Below, piece by piece: positions 39,103-48,599 of a DNA stretch of 64,000 nucleotides; position 1 is the stretch's first letter; every line of letters starts with the position of its first letter. The stretch lies in IMG/VR virus record IMGVR_UViG_3300042975_000096, one strand, 5' to 3'. The DNA comes from a virus (taxonomy: Duplodnaviria > Caudoviricetes). The notes below the pieces were generated by a model. It had not been told where the DNA came from, made no database searches, and worked only from the letters and a program-made list of their open reading frames with translations. The translations under genes and the position numbers were made by a program.

Positions 39103-39495
39103 TTATAATCCATAATTGATAAATGTTTCATGTTCTGAACATTTTGGAACAGATTCAAAAATATAATCAATTATATCATCGATTGTATTAAAAATTAAGT
39201 TATTGTATTTTTCTTCTAATACATTGCTTTTATCCGTTATTTTAGAATGAATTATTTTATAAAGCATATCTTTTTGTGCCAAAACAACCAATGGATTATA
39301 TATAAGATTGAGCATTACTCTGGTTTTATTTGGTAACATTATGGTTGTTTTAATTTTGATGCTATGACGTTCATTTAATGGTTCTTGAAAATGAATTTTA
39401 TCAATAATAACATCTATGCATTCCTTTTTATAATGAAATCCACAGCGTTTATAAACATCAATATTTGATTTTTCCTCTCTAATTATTTCATTCAT
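39103..39495 (-). CDS. G-[ILV]-tail family protein
   Basis: Ends TFINYGL. Confidence 0.7.
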   Translation of the reverse strand: MNEIIREEKSNIDVYKRCGFHYKKECIDVIIDKIHFQEPLNERHSIKIKTTIMLPNKTRVMLNLIYNPLVVLAQKDMLYKIIHSKITDKSNVLEEKYNNLIFNTIDDIIDYIFESVPKCSEHETFINYGL

Positions 39496-39893
39496 TATAA
39501 TCCAACCTTACGTAAATATTTTTGTTTAGCTTCTTCTATTAAAAATTCTTTATTCTTTTTCCATGTCGGAAATGCAAAATTGTAAATAAGATTATTAAAT
39601 TCTTGTTTGCTACCGAAATTATTTTGATGGTTATAATACATGAAACTTTTATATAATTCTTTTTCCAATTCGTTTTCATCTTTATTTATTTTTTTATAAG
39701 AAGTATATGATTGTTCAATGTCATTAACTTTTAATACCATTTTCATTGTCATTATGTTATTGGATACTCTCATTTTAATTAAAAGTCCAGCAACAACAGG
39801 AATCTTTATGTTTTTTTGAAAAAACGCAGAATGTTTTATTTCTTTTCTAAAAAATTTTTTAACAACAACGGTATAACAATTCAATCCAATCAC
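39495..39893 (-). CDS. G-[ILV]-tail family protein
   Basis: Ends YLRKVGL. Confidence 0.7.
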   Translation of the reverse strand: MIGLNCYTVVVKKFFRKEIKHSAFFQKNIKIPVVAGLLIKMRVSNNIMTMKMVLKVNDIEQSYTSYKKINKDENELEKELYKSFMYYNHQNNFGSKQEFNNLIYNFAFPTWKKNKEFLIEEAKQKYLRKVGL

Positions 39894-39905
39894 CCTTTCA
39901 TTTAT

Positions 39906-39934
39906 ATTATATCATAACTTTATGTTATTGTCAA
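39906..39934 (-). promoter_or_regulatory. Sigma-A type early promoter
   Basis: TTGACA-N17-TATAAT with TG. Confidence 0.85.
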
Positions 39935-39960
39935 TAATATAAAAAAATGGATTGTATAAA

Positions 39961-40371
39961 TTACAATCCATTGGTTATAAATATTTTTCGTTTCCATTCA
40001 AAAAAAGAAATATTATTAAACAATTCATTCATAAAAAGTTTAATGTCATTCTCTATTTGATGTTCTTCTAGTATTATTGTGGGTTTTATTTGGTTAAAAT
40101 CATCAAATAGTTGTTGCTGAAGATTGCAAATGGCATTAAAGTCAATCATGTTTCTATTAGCATCTGTAGAATTATGATTATGAATACGGTTATACAATAA
40201 ATATCTACTCATACGTGATACCGTTTTGAAAACACTTATAGAAATATTAAATCTTTTGTCAAACAATTCAATTTTATATATAAACAATCTGTCTATATTG
40301 TTTATTGTTACGATACCAGTTAAGGTATATTCATTTTTGCTTTCAGATTTCATTATTTGTTTTATTTTCAT
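39961..40371 (-). CDS. G-[ILV]-tail family protein
   Basis: Ends IFITNGL. Confidence 0.7.
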   Translation of the reverse strand: MKIKQIMKSESKNEYTLTGIVTINNIDRLFIYKIELFDKRFNISISVFKTVSRMSRYLLYNRIHNHNSTDANRNMIDFNAICNLQQQLFDDFNQIKPTIILEEHQIENDIKLFMNELFNNISFFEWKRKIFITNGL

Positions 40372-40373
40372 TA

Positions 40374-40835
40374 TTAGATGCCTACATATTGTGAAATAAG
40401 TTTTTTTAATTTTTTTTCATCATAATATTTTGTCATCAATTCTAAAAAACAATTATAGACAACAAAACCAATAAATTTAGAACTCATACAAGTTTTTTCA
40501 TTACAGTTTTTTACATTGAAAGACTGTAATGAATAATCAATGAATTTCAATAGGCTTTTATAATCAAAATCACTCAAATAATTAAACTCGTATCCATGTC
40601 CTTTATATTGCACCCGGTTTTTATCTAATACATTTGGTGTTACTTCAAAATAACATTGATAATGTTCTAATTCAACAAAATAAATAATAGAATACCCAAT
40701 TGTGAATTGAACTTCATCATTTTGTTTTATCTTACCTGTATATTTCACTCCAATATGGGTTAATTCATTTGGGTCAAATCCCATATATTTTTTTATTTTT
40801 CTAGTTCTAACGTTGGAAATATAAGTTCCATCCAT
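40374..40835 (-). CDS. G-[ILV]-tail family protein
   Basis: Ends ISQYVGI. Confidence 0.7.
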   Translation of the reverse strand: MDGTYISNVRTRKIKKYMGFDPNELTHIGVKYTGKIKQNDEVQFTIGYSIIYFVELEHYQCYFEVTPNVLDKNRVQYKGHGYEFNYLSDFDYKSLLKFIDYSLQSFNVKNCNEKTCMSSKFIGFVVYNCFLELMTKYYDEKKLKKLISQYVGI

Positions 40836-40844
40836 AATTACACC

Positions 40845-41306
40845 TCAAATTCCGTTCATTCTTCGCTCATATGTTCTAAACTTTTTAATATCCCAAAATT
40901 TAGTATACCATTCGGACATTATTCTTTTTAATTCTAACTTCAGTGATTCACTAGAAAAACTTTCAGAAATTAAAGATTGGCTAGTTAAATATATATCGTT
41001 ATCTTTACATAACTCGCAAACGATGTTCATTAGATTGTCTATATTAATATTATCGCCATAATTAAATTTAATTGAAATCCACGCAACTGGATTGTCATTA
41101 TCTTCTTCAAAAAAATTAAAGTCTATCAGGTTTTGTGAACGATTTGCATCTATCATTAATATTGTTGTTTCTAATTTCATTTTTTTTCGTTCAGCCATTA
41201 TATCATTCATATCAGCATAATATAAATAAAATGTATATTCTTCTTTGATTATATTCGGAAAATGTTTAGAATTAACGTTTTTGTTTCTTTTTAGCATAAA
41301 TATCAC
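40845..41306 (-). CDS. G-[ILV]-tail family protein
   Basis: Ends YERRMNGI. Confidence 0.7.
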   Translation of the reverse strand: MIFMLKRNKNVNSKHFPNIIKEEYTFYLYYADMNDIMAERKKMKLETTILMIDANRSQNLIDFNFFEEDNDNPVAWISIKFNYGDNINIDNLMNIVCELCKDNDIYLTSQSLISESFSSESLKLELKRIMSEWYTKFWDIKKFRTYERRMNGI

Positions 41307-41364
41307 CTGTATTTGTTAAATATATTTATTCATTACTATGTATTATGCGCTTTTACTATTATAT

Positions 41365-41393
41365 AGTATATCATATAATTATTCTTTTGTCAA
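41365..41393 (-). promoter_or_regulatory. Sigma-A type early promoter
   Basis: TTGACA-N17-TATACT with TG; terminator hairpin at 41405-41434. Confidence 0.75.
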
Positions 41394-41437
41394 TAACATT
41401 AAAAAAAAGGCTATTGGAAAAACCAATAGCCTTTTCA

Positions 41438-42229
41438 TTAGAAATCAGAACTACAGTCACAATTACAATCGCAATTACAATCACAGTCACAATTGCAGTC
41501 ACAATCCGTATGACAATCACAGTCGCAGTTACAGTCGCAGTCGCAATCAGTATTGCAATCGCAGTCAACATTACAATCAGTGTTTATATCTTCCGTTCCC
41601 CAATCATTAGAAGCACCTGCTCCACCGCTAGACCCATCATCAAAACCCATTGACATGTCATTATTTTCTCGGTCAAATTCAGATATTTGTTGCTGATTTT
41701 CTTCTTCATTCATACGATTAATATCTTCTTGTTCTCGTTGGTGTCTTGCCATATCATCAAGCATGGTATCATCGTCACGATTATGGTTATTCAGCATTTC
41801 ATTTGCAACCGCACCTGCAATTGCTCCACCTGCAATTCCTGCCATCATGCTACCAGTTCCATATCCACTATGTGAACTACTATCATTATGATTCTGATTG
41901 CGATAACTCGAATGATTATTATTAGTATTAGATTTATTGTGTCCATTAAATGATAAAGTATTACGTCTTGCTTCATCATATTGAATCTGAGAATAGTATT
42001 TTTTGTGTTGTAATTCCTCTTGAATTTGTTTATCTCTAGCATAATAAAATGTATCTCTATTGATTGGTTTTTGCATATCTTCTGGACTAAAAAATGATGG
42101 ATATTCACCATATTTCAAATAAGAATCTAAAATTCCATTTTCAATCTTATCCAAATATGTAGATTCAGGTTCTTTCTGTCCAGTAGCATTATACCAAATA
42201 CGTTTTAACCAATTAAACATTAAAAACAC
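41438..42229 (-). CDS. Low-complexity protein with a glycine-zipper segment and a C-terminal Cys-Asp/Asn repeat tail
   Basis: GSMMAGIAGGAIAGAVA; tail DCNVDCDCNTDCDCDCNCDCDCHTDCDCNCDCDCNCDCNCDCSSDF. Confidence 0.7.
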   Translation of the reverse strand: MFLMFNWLKRIWYNATGQKEPESTYLDKIENGILDSYLKYGEYPSFFSPEDMQKPINRDTFYYARDKQIQEELQHKKYYSQIQYDEARRNTLSFNGHNKSNTNNNHSSYRNQNHNDSSSHSGYGTGSMMAGIAGGAIAGAVANEMLNNHNRDDDTMLDDMARHQREQEDINRMNEEENQQQISEFDRENNDMSMGFDDGSSGGAGASNDWGTEDINTDCNVDCDCNTDCDCDCNCDCDCHTDCDCNCDCDCNCDCNCDCSSDF

Positions 42230-42252
42230 TTCTTTCTTTTTTTTCTATTATA

Positions 42253-44166
42253 TTAGTTATTAAGGTAATTAATTAAATCATTTTCATTCATAATGGTTAT
42301 TTTTAATTCCCTCGCTTTTTTGGCTTTCGATGAATTTGAATCAGGATTATCAGTTACTAATGCAAATGTTGATTTACTAATAGCACTAGCCACTTTATCT
42401 CCATTATCTTCAATTAGTTTCTTAAAATAACTTCTAGGATGAGATAGTTCTCCTGTAATTACAAAACTATTTGATGTTTTATCATACTTCTTTATATTTA
42501 CATCAATAGGTGTTATATATTTTTTTAACTCCTTATATGCAGATATAAATTTATCCGATGTTAATTTCTCTGCATATGTTTTTCCTATACCTTTTATTTC
42601 AACAAATTCATTTACATTCTTTTTTTCTAAGGCTAATAATAGATTGGTATAGTTCATGTATTTATTGGCAAGCATATTTCCAACATCTTCACCGATACCT
42701 ATAACGCCACATGAAGCAATGAATTTGTTCAAAGGAACATCTTTTCGCGAACCTTGTATTGACTCGTATGTTGATTTTGATTTCTTATCTGAAAATCCTT
42801 CCAGCTCTTTAAAATCTTCAATAACTAAATTAAACATATCCGTAATACAATTTACCTTACCTTGATTGATTAGTTTTTCAATTGCTTTTATACTTAATCC
42901 TTTTGCGTTAAGACATTTCTTTGAAAACACATAATTAATATTTGCAATTAATTTTCCTTGACAATTTGGATTATCACAATACAACTCAAAACCGTTTTGC
43001 TTATCAGATATTCCTTTAGTATTGATTAACATTCGTTTCTTTAATGGTTCATGACAAGAAGGGCATGTGGTTGGAGGTTTTAGCTCATAGCCATTTTCGT
43101 TATGCTTAATAACGTTTGCAATATGAGGGATGATTTGATTCCTTTTTTCAACAAGGATTGTATCTCCAATCATTAGTCCCAAACTTTTAATGATTGCCCA
43201 ATTACTTAATGATGCTTCTTGAACTAATGTTCCATCAATAATTACACCTTCAAATTTGGCAACGGGAGAAATTATTTCACGTCCTACACTCCAATTTACT
43301 TGTTTTAATGTAGTAACGTGTTGTTCCTCTTGTGATTTCCATGCAAAAGCATTTAATGGATGGTGTCTTGTTGACCCAAATTTTTTTAAGCTTCCATCAA
43401 TATTAGATTTGATTACAACGCCATCAATGGGAATGTCCTGTTTCGTATTCTCTTTGTAAAATTCAGGAATAAAATCTTCTGCATCTTTATCTTTAATAAC
43501 ATAATTAATTGTATCAAAACAGGTATGAGATTTAATATAATTCAATTTATTTTCTTCTGATAAATCCAATCCAATTACATCATATGCAATAAATTTAATG
43601 TAATTGATATATGGATTATCATCCAATCGTCTTAAAATGCCACTAGCAGCATTTCTTTCGTTTGCAAATAATTCTAATCCTTGTTCTTTTCTTTCTGCAT
43701 TGATTTTTATTAATGCGCTTTTTGGTAAAAATGCTTCTCCGCGAATAGGATATTCTGAATTATTTTCTCCCATATATTGTTTTGGAAATTTATTTAATAT
43801 TTCACCCTCTGTACCGTTTCCGCGAGTTACAAACATTGATTTTTTGTTTTTTGGATAAACAACAATTGTTAATCCATCAATTTTCTTTTCAATTGCTACA
43901 GGATATAATTTATTTAACATTTTGTGCAATTTATTTGTATCAGAATGTTTAACTTTATCTAATGAGTTCATATTTGCCGTATGCGTGAATGGTTTCAAAC
44001 TTTCTACACGTTTTCCTGCAACAAAGTTTAAATCGCATTCTCCATACAAATCAATATAATCATAGTACAAATTATCATATTCCAAATCAGACATAATTGG
44101 ATTATCCAATTCATAATAAGCTTTGTTTGCATCTTTGATTAATTGTAAATGTTCATTCTTTGTCAT
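42253..44166 (-). CDS. ligA: NAD+-dependent DNA ligase
   Basis: AYYELDNPIMSDLEYD, KIDG adenylation motif, TRGNG, RGE, RNAASG, DGVVIK, C4 zinc finger, HhH motifs, C-terminal BRCT; start moved to ATG 44166 after GAGGTG. Confidence 0.95.
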   Translation of the reverse strand: MTKNEHLQLIKDANKAYYELDNPIMSDLEYDNLYYDYIDLYGECDLNFVAGKRVESLKPFTHTANMNSLDKVKHSDTNKLHKMLNKLYPVAIEKKIDGLTIVVYPKNKKSMFVTRGNGTEGEILNKFPKQYMGENNSEYPIRGEAFLPKSALIKINAERKEQGLELFANERNAASGILRRLDDNPYINYIKFIAYDVIGLDLSEENKLNYIKSHTCFDTINYVIKDKDAEDFIPEFYKENTKQDIPIDGVVIKSNIDGSLKKFGSTRHHPLNAFAWKSQEEQHVTTLKQVNWSVGREIISPVAKFEGVIIDGTLVQEASLSNWAIIKSLGLMIGDTILVEKRNQIIPHIANVIKHNENGYELKPPTTCPSCHEPLKKRMLINTKGISDKQNGFELYCDNPNCQGKLIANINYVFSKKCLNAKGLSIKAIEKLINQGKVNCITDMFNLVIEDFKELEGFSDKKSKSTYESIQGSRKDVPLNKFIASCGVIGIGEDVGNMLANKYMNYTNLLLALEKKNVNEFVEIKGIGKTYAEKLTSDKFISAYKELKKYITPIDVNIKKYDKTSNSFVITGELSHPRSYFKKLIEDNGDKVASAISKSTFALVTDNPDSNSSKAKKARELKITIMNENDLINYLNN

Positions 44167-44190
44167 TTTTTTTGCACCTCTCTTTAATAA

Positions 44191-44219
44191 ATAATAACAT
44201 ATTTTTAGCAAAAAGTCAA
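44191..44219 (-). promoter_or_regulatory. Sigma-A type promoter for ligA
   Basis: TTGACT-N17-TATTAT with TG. Confidence 0.65.
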
Positions 44220-44260
44220 ATGTTAAAAAATTCGCTATGTTTTTTATAGCGAATTTTTTG

Positions 44261-44557
44261 TTAATATTTATATGGTATTTTGGTTATTACATGAAATCCT
44301 TTGATGGTTATTAAGGAACGATTAGTTGTACAATTTATTGGATGAACTAAAACTTCACAATCTTTGTTTATTTGTACAACTTGACCTTCCATAACCTCGC
44401 CGTTTCCCCATTTAAATAATATGAAATCATTCATTTTTATACCATGTAGTGCGTGTTTGCTTCTTAAGCATTCAATGAAATAATTACAAAATTTAACAAT
44501 ACACCACAGCACAATGATAATTAGAGCTATTAGTATGAGCAACATGAATGTATCCAT
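44261..44557 (-). CDS. Small membrane-anchored protein
   Basis: N-terminal TM LLILIALIIIVLWCIV. Confidence 0.65.
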   Translation of the reverse strand: MDTFMLLILIALIIIVLWCIVKFCNYFIECLRSKHALHGIKMNDFILFKWGNGEVMEGQVVQINKDCEVLVHPINCTTNRSLITIKGFHVITKIPYKY

Positions 44558-44569
44558 TTTAATTTCACC

Positions 44570-44743
44570 TTATTCAACCTTTAATTCATTTAAATGATTT
44601 TTGATAGATTCGGCTTCTTCTTTTGTATCGAATTTCCCCATCTCAGGTATTTTTAAATCACCTTTGCATAAAAGATATTTTCCATCCTCATCTTTAACAA
44701 CTGAAAAGTCATAATTTTGATAATCATCTACAATTTTACCCAT
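44570..44743 (-). CDS. Hypothetical protein
   Basis: ATG MGKIVD after a GGGGG RBS. Confidence 0.55.
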   Translation of the reverse strand: MGKIVDDYQNYDFSVVKDEDGKYLLCKGDLKIPEMGKFDTKEEAESIKNHLNELKVE

Positions 44744-44969
44744 AGTTAAATCCCCCTTAATCAAATTCCAATGGCTTTAAATATTTTGCTAATTGACCAT
44801 TACTTGAAACAAATACTAAATCGTTTTCAAGTAATTCATAATTGAAATATTTCTTGTATACCTGTGGCATAATACTGTTTTCTACACATTTAAACTCAAC
44901 ATTGCCATTATCCATTTTCTCTTTCATATTCATCATGTTCTTCTATGGCATTATCTAAGAAATCTTTGT

Positions 44970-45401
44970 TCATTTTTCTTTCTCCTTTTTCAATACCCAT
45001 TCTAATGTTTCTATTTTTATTGAATCTTCATTGATTGTTTTATCGAATTGTTTATCGTCAATTTCCCCATTGTCGATTTTCTTACAACAATCTTTCACTT
45101 CTTCTTTGAATTTGTTGATTTCTAGTTCAATTAATTCCTTGCTTTTTACTAATTCAGATAACTGCTTATAATGATTTGCTATATCTTCATTCTTTTTATC
45201 TACTGTTCTTAATCCAAAATGAAGTGTGCTACATGCATAAATCATGTTTAAAGATTGTATCGCTAATATAACATAACTGGAAGTAAATAAAAAAATACAA
45301 TAGGTTGGTTTGTCATTTCCAATACAAACTATTGCCATAACAAAAAATAAAACAGATATACTTATGAGAACTAAATTGATTCGATTCATTAATCTTATCA
45401 C
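44970..45401 (-). CDS. Two-TM membrane protein with a coiled coil
   Basis: Two hydrophobic segments followed by a charged helix; C-terminus may be frameshifted. Confidence 0.6.
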   Translation of the reverse strand: MIRLMNRINLVLISISVLFFVMAIVCIGNDKPTYCIFLFTSSYVILAIQSLNMIYACSTLHFGLRTVDKKNEDIANHYKQLSELVKSKELIELEINKFKEEVKDCCKKIDNGEIDDKQFDKTINEDSIKIETLEWVLKKEKEK

Positions 45402-45418
45402 TCATCATCCATCCTTTT

Positions 45419-45661
45419 TTATTTATTTTGTTGCAAATGATATAATCTTATAACCAACAAAAATCCATATAACAACGTAGCAAGACAAACAAACTCATTC
45501 ATGTTTATTAAATATGAATGAAATATTTGCAAAAATAACATTGGTAACATGGAACAACAGCCAATAACAAATAATTTAATTATTGATAAAATGAGCATTA
45601 TTACTACAGCCACATAAGCATCTGTTATGGTTGTGAATATTTCTTTAATAACATTTTTCAT
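45419..45661 (-). CDS. Small membrane protein
   Basis: Hydrophobic; C-terminus LLYGFLLVIRLYHLQQNK similar to 46097. Confidence 0.6.
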   Translation of the reverse strand: MKNVIKEIFTTITDAYVAVVIMLILSIIKLFVIGCCSMLPMLFLQIFHSYLINMNEFVCLATLLYGFLLVIRLYHLQQNK

Positions 45662-45663
45662 TT

Positions 45664-46086
45664 TTATCCTTTCATTGACAATAAACTAGAGTTTTCATGG
45701 GAATTACCAATTACCTCAATAATTTCTAGGCTTTCAGCAATCAGAGCATCATCATCGCCCCATGTCCAACCACCAATTTTATCATTCCAAATTACAACAT
45801 TGATTAATTGACCAACATCATAACCATACGAATTATCTAAAATAATATCATTCTCATATATTTTATTACCTTTTTTATCACAAAATCCCGTATATTGTCC
45901 AATTGTTTTTGGGTCAATTAATACAGGTTCGTCTGTTGGGTCGTAGTATGAAAGATGATGACCATCAGCACTGAAAAATTTAGGTTCAATAATATATTTA
46001 TTGTTGTTTTCATCTGTAATTAAATTACCATAAACCCATGTCTTTTTGTTAATATTGAATCCTCTAAATTCAATTCTTCTCATCAT
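45664..46086 (-). CDS. YopX family protein
   Basis: RIEFRG...WVYGNL...TIGQYTGFCDKKGNKIYENDII...EVIGNSHEN. Confidence 0.9.
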   Translation of the reverse strand: MMRRIEFRGFNINKKTWVYGNLITDENNNKYIIEPKFFSADGHHLSYYDPTDEPVLIDPKTIGQYTGFCDKKGNKIYENDIILDNSYGYDVGQLINVVIWNDKIGGWTWGDDDALIAESLEIIEVIGNSHENSSLLSMKG

Positions 46087-46096
46087 CTTACACCCC

Positions 46097-46390
46097 TTAG
46101 TTGTTCTTTTGTATAATATAAATACGCAATATTAACAATAAACCATATACAAGTAACAAAACATACATAAGTTGCTCTATTATAATGTTATAAATCCCAT
46201 ATGTATGAATTGTATTTGTATTGCCATTTTCAACAAGACGTTTTATTACATATACATTTAATGATTTAATACTATAATTTATAATAAAAAACCATACTGC
46301 AAATTTAACTTTTGTTACCGCCAATGTCAACTTAAATGTTTGTTTTTTTAATTCTTTCAAAAATAAATTTTTATCGAACAAATAATTCAC
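46097..46390 (-). CDS. Small membrane protein
   Basis: Hydrophobic; C-terminus LVYGLLLILRIYIIQKNN. Confidence 0.6.
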   Translation of the reverse strand: MNYLFDKNLFLKELKKQTFKLTLAVTKVKFAVWFFIINYSIKSLNVYVIKRLVENGNTNTIHTYGIYNIIIEQLMYVLLLVYGLLLILRIYIIQKNN

Positions 46391-46785
46391 TCCCGTTTAT
46401 TCCATATTTTTATGGCTTCTTTTGTTATTGTATGCATTGTCTGCGGATTTATTTTACAGTTAAAATTTCCACATTTAATTCTACAATATTCATTACCTTC
46501 TGCATCAAGTGTTACATCTTCCTTGATAGGTTCTGACCCACAAAACGGGCATTTTTTTATTTGTCTTTTTTTTGGCAATTCACTTACCAAAAAAGATAAA
46601 TTTAATTTATTTTTCAAAAAACGTATAACCAACCCACAAAACGAAATTGTGGCAATCCATATTCCTGCAATAAAAACGAAACTCATTGGCTCTATTATCG
46701 GTTTTGCAAGACCAAACGGCGCAACCATATAATAGAATAATGGAAATACAACCAAAAATAAACCAAACATAAATAATGAGGTCAA
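46387..46785 (-). CDS. Two-TM protein fused to a Lar (restriction alleviation)-like zinc ribbon
   Basis: IKKCPFCGS...IKCGNFNC...EAIKIWNKR preceded by two TM helices. Confidence 0.7.
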   Translation of the reverse strand: MTSLFMFGLFLVVFPLFYYMVAPFGLAKPIIEPMSFVFIAGIWIATISFCGLVIRFLKNKLNLSFLVSELPKKRQIKKCPFCGSEPIKEDVTLDAEGNEYCRIKCGNFNCKINPQTMHTITKEAIKIWNKRE

Positions 46786-46798
46786 TTCAATTCCTTCT

Positions 46799-47170
46799 TT
46801 AATCTAATTTTCCCATCATGAACTGATAATATATATTCCTATAATTGAATTCCGATAACCACTGAATGAAATGTTCTCGAATGGGCCAGAAATACCTAGA
46901 TTCATCCATGGTTAGTTTTTTCATCTCTCCAAGTTCACTATAAGCTAAGTCTTTCAGCATCTTGTATTTATTGGGAGCATTCATCATAAATTCCCAATTT
47001 ACCTCTACGTTTATTTTCTTCGTTTTTGCCGTTTTAGTATTACAAACCACACAACGTGCATGAACAATAAAATTTTTATCAATCGTTAACTCAATGATAC
47101 TCGTTACTTTTCCTGATTTTCCTTCTCCGATTAATTGAGTAATATCATTTTCAAATTTTTTATTATACAT
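46799..47170 (-). CDS. Hypothetical protein (possibly a degenerate G-[ILV]-tail member)
   Basis: Similar size and pattern; ends QFMMGKLD. Confidence 0.6.
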   Translation of the reverse strand: MYNKKFENDITQLIGEGKSGKVTSIIELTIDKNFIVHARCVVCNTKTAKTKKINVEVNWEFMMNAPNKYKMLKDLAYSELGEMKKLTMDESRYFWPIREHFIQWLSEFNYRNIYYQFMMGKLD

Positions 47171-47193
47171 TATATTTTGCCTCTAAATATTTT

Positions 47194-47403
47194 TTATCGT
47201 CTTGCTACTACAATCATAAACATGGTGCTTAAAAGAAATAGAATAACCATTCCGCAAAACATCAATCCAATAAAAAACATATTGTGTGCCATATATAACT
47301 CGGCTGAAGGATAGATTATAAATCTACCGATAAATGGCGAAACAGATAGCATAACTCCTGCTACATAGGCAATTAATGATACAATCTTAATAAAAACATT
47401 CAT
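47194..47403 (-). CDS. Small two-TM membrane protein
   Basis: Two hydrophobic helices; AGGAG RBS. Confidence 0.65.
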   Translation of the reverse strand: MNVFIKIVSLIAYVAGVMLSVSPFIGRFIIYPSAELYMAHNMFFIGLMFCGMVILFLLSTMFMIVVARR

Positions 47404-47460
47404 AATAATTCTCCTTTTTTAATAACATTTTTCAGGTTTTTGTTTTCTTACAATATAGAT

Positions 47461-47489
47461 ATTATACAACATAATATCTATATTGTCAA
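47461..47489 (-). promoter_or_regulatory. Sigma-A type early promoter
   Basis: TTGACA-N17-TATAAT. Confidence 0.8.
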
Positions 47490-47542
47490 CACTTTTTTTC
47501 AAAAAAACATTAATGAACTCATATTTTATAACGTTTATTCAG

Positions 47543-48049
47543 TTATACTCCAAAAGTGTTGAAAAATTTGCGCCTTACATTATAAATCAATCGTCCTTCG
47601 TTAATATCTTTCATTAAATGCGTTCTTACAGTTTTTGCAACAGTATACATTCGCGCATAAAACTTTTCTGTCATTCTTTTTGTCAGAGTAATCGAATCAA
47701 TAAAAATATAATCCCTTAATGATTCGGAAATAAATGGAACTAGAGCATCTTCTTTCATCTTAAATAATTGAAATTTATCAACTTCACGTCTGCCCTCAAA
47801 TTTATATTTACATACTTTATCATCTTTCCATGTATTAATTAACCCATTTACTATAAAACTTGATTCATTGAATTTTAAATAAATACTATATATGTATTTT
47901 ACATCCGATTGATAAATTGTGTTTTTTATATATATAACATATCCTTCTTTGGTTTTTTTCACTCCATGTGTGCAATGGGGAAAATATTGTACAATAATAC
48001 CATGTTTATTTTCCTTTAATGTGTCTGACATTTCATTCTCACCTCTCAA
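47543..48049 (-). CDS. G-[ILV]-tail family protein
   Basis: Ends FFNTFGV; related to 48090 (YK.EG.R, MTE). Confidence 0.7.
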   Translation of the reverse strand: MRGENEMSDTLKENKHGIIVQYFPHCTHGVKKTKEGYVIYIKNTIYQSDVKYIYSIYLKFNESSFIVNGLINTWKDDKVCKYKFEGRREVDKFQLFKMKEDALVPFISESLRDYIFIDSITLTKRMTEKFYARMYTVAKTVRTHLMKDINEGRLIYNVRRKFFNTFGV

Positions 48050-48054
48050 TTTAT

Positions 48055-48083
48055 ATTATATCATATAATTGATATATTGTCAA
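48055..48083 (-). promoter_or_regulatory. Sigma-A type early promoter
   Basis: TTGACA-N17-TATAAT with TG. Confidence 0.85.
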
Positions 48084-48089
48084 CACTTT

Positions 48090-48584
48090 TCAAATTCCAT
48101 ATTTTTTAATAAATTCGCTTTTAGCAACATTTATTAGATTTTTCCCCTTAATGTTTTTTATTAAATCTTGTTTTATTAAACCAATAAGAAAACACATTCT
48201 ACTGATTTCTTGCTCAGTCATTTTTGTCGGCATCATATTTTTTATTTCTATATCTTCATAGAATGAATGTTCTATGTTTTTTATTAATTCTGAAGACGTT
48301 AGTCTATATGGATTTTTATTTCCTTTCATCAATCTAGTTCCTTCAATTTTATATATAATGCTTTGATTATCCGTTAATTCTCCTTTTGTATCAAACAGTG
48401 AACATCCACCACTAAATGTTAATGCCGTAGTGCTTAGTTGAATTTCATAACGATATCTTAATTCTATGCTTTTTTTAATAATTCTATTATACAATTCAAT
48501 TTTAATAATTGTAATATTACTAAAATAACCTCCGTTTAATGTTGAGAATTTTATGTTTGATTCAAATTCACTAGTATGCTTCAT
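48090..48584 (-). CDS. G-[ILV]-tail family protein
   Basis: Ends FIKKYGI. Confidence 0.7.
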   Translation of the reverse strand: MKHTSEFESNIKFSTLNGGYFSNITIIKIELYNRIIKKSIELRYRYEIQLSTTALTFSGGCSLFDTKGELTDNQSIIYKIEGTRLMKGNKNPYRLTSSELIKNIEHSFYEDIEIKNMMPTKMTEQEISRMCFLIGLIKQDLIKNIKGKNLINVAKSEFIKKYGI

Positions 48585-48599
48585 GATTATCCCCTTCTT

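Noticed and set aside
41338-41653. Alternative-frame repeat ORFs (TITVAV..., NHSHNC...)
   Set aside because: Other frames of the Cys-Asp repeat; only the minus-strand 263-aa frame has a proper gene context.
44761-44800. Out-of-frame SKIFKAIGI* matching the tail motif inside a small ORF (44757..44915)
   Set aside because: Only about 12 codons are open in that frame, so it would need an unproven indel to join the upstream frame. Not counted as a family member.
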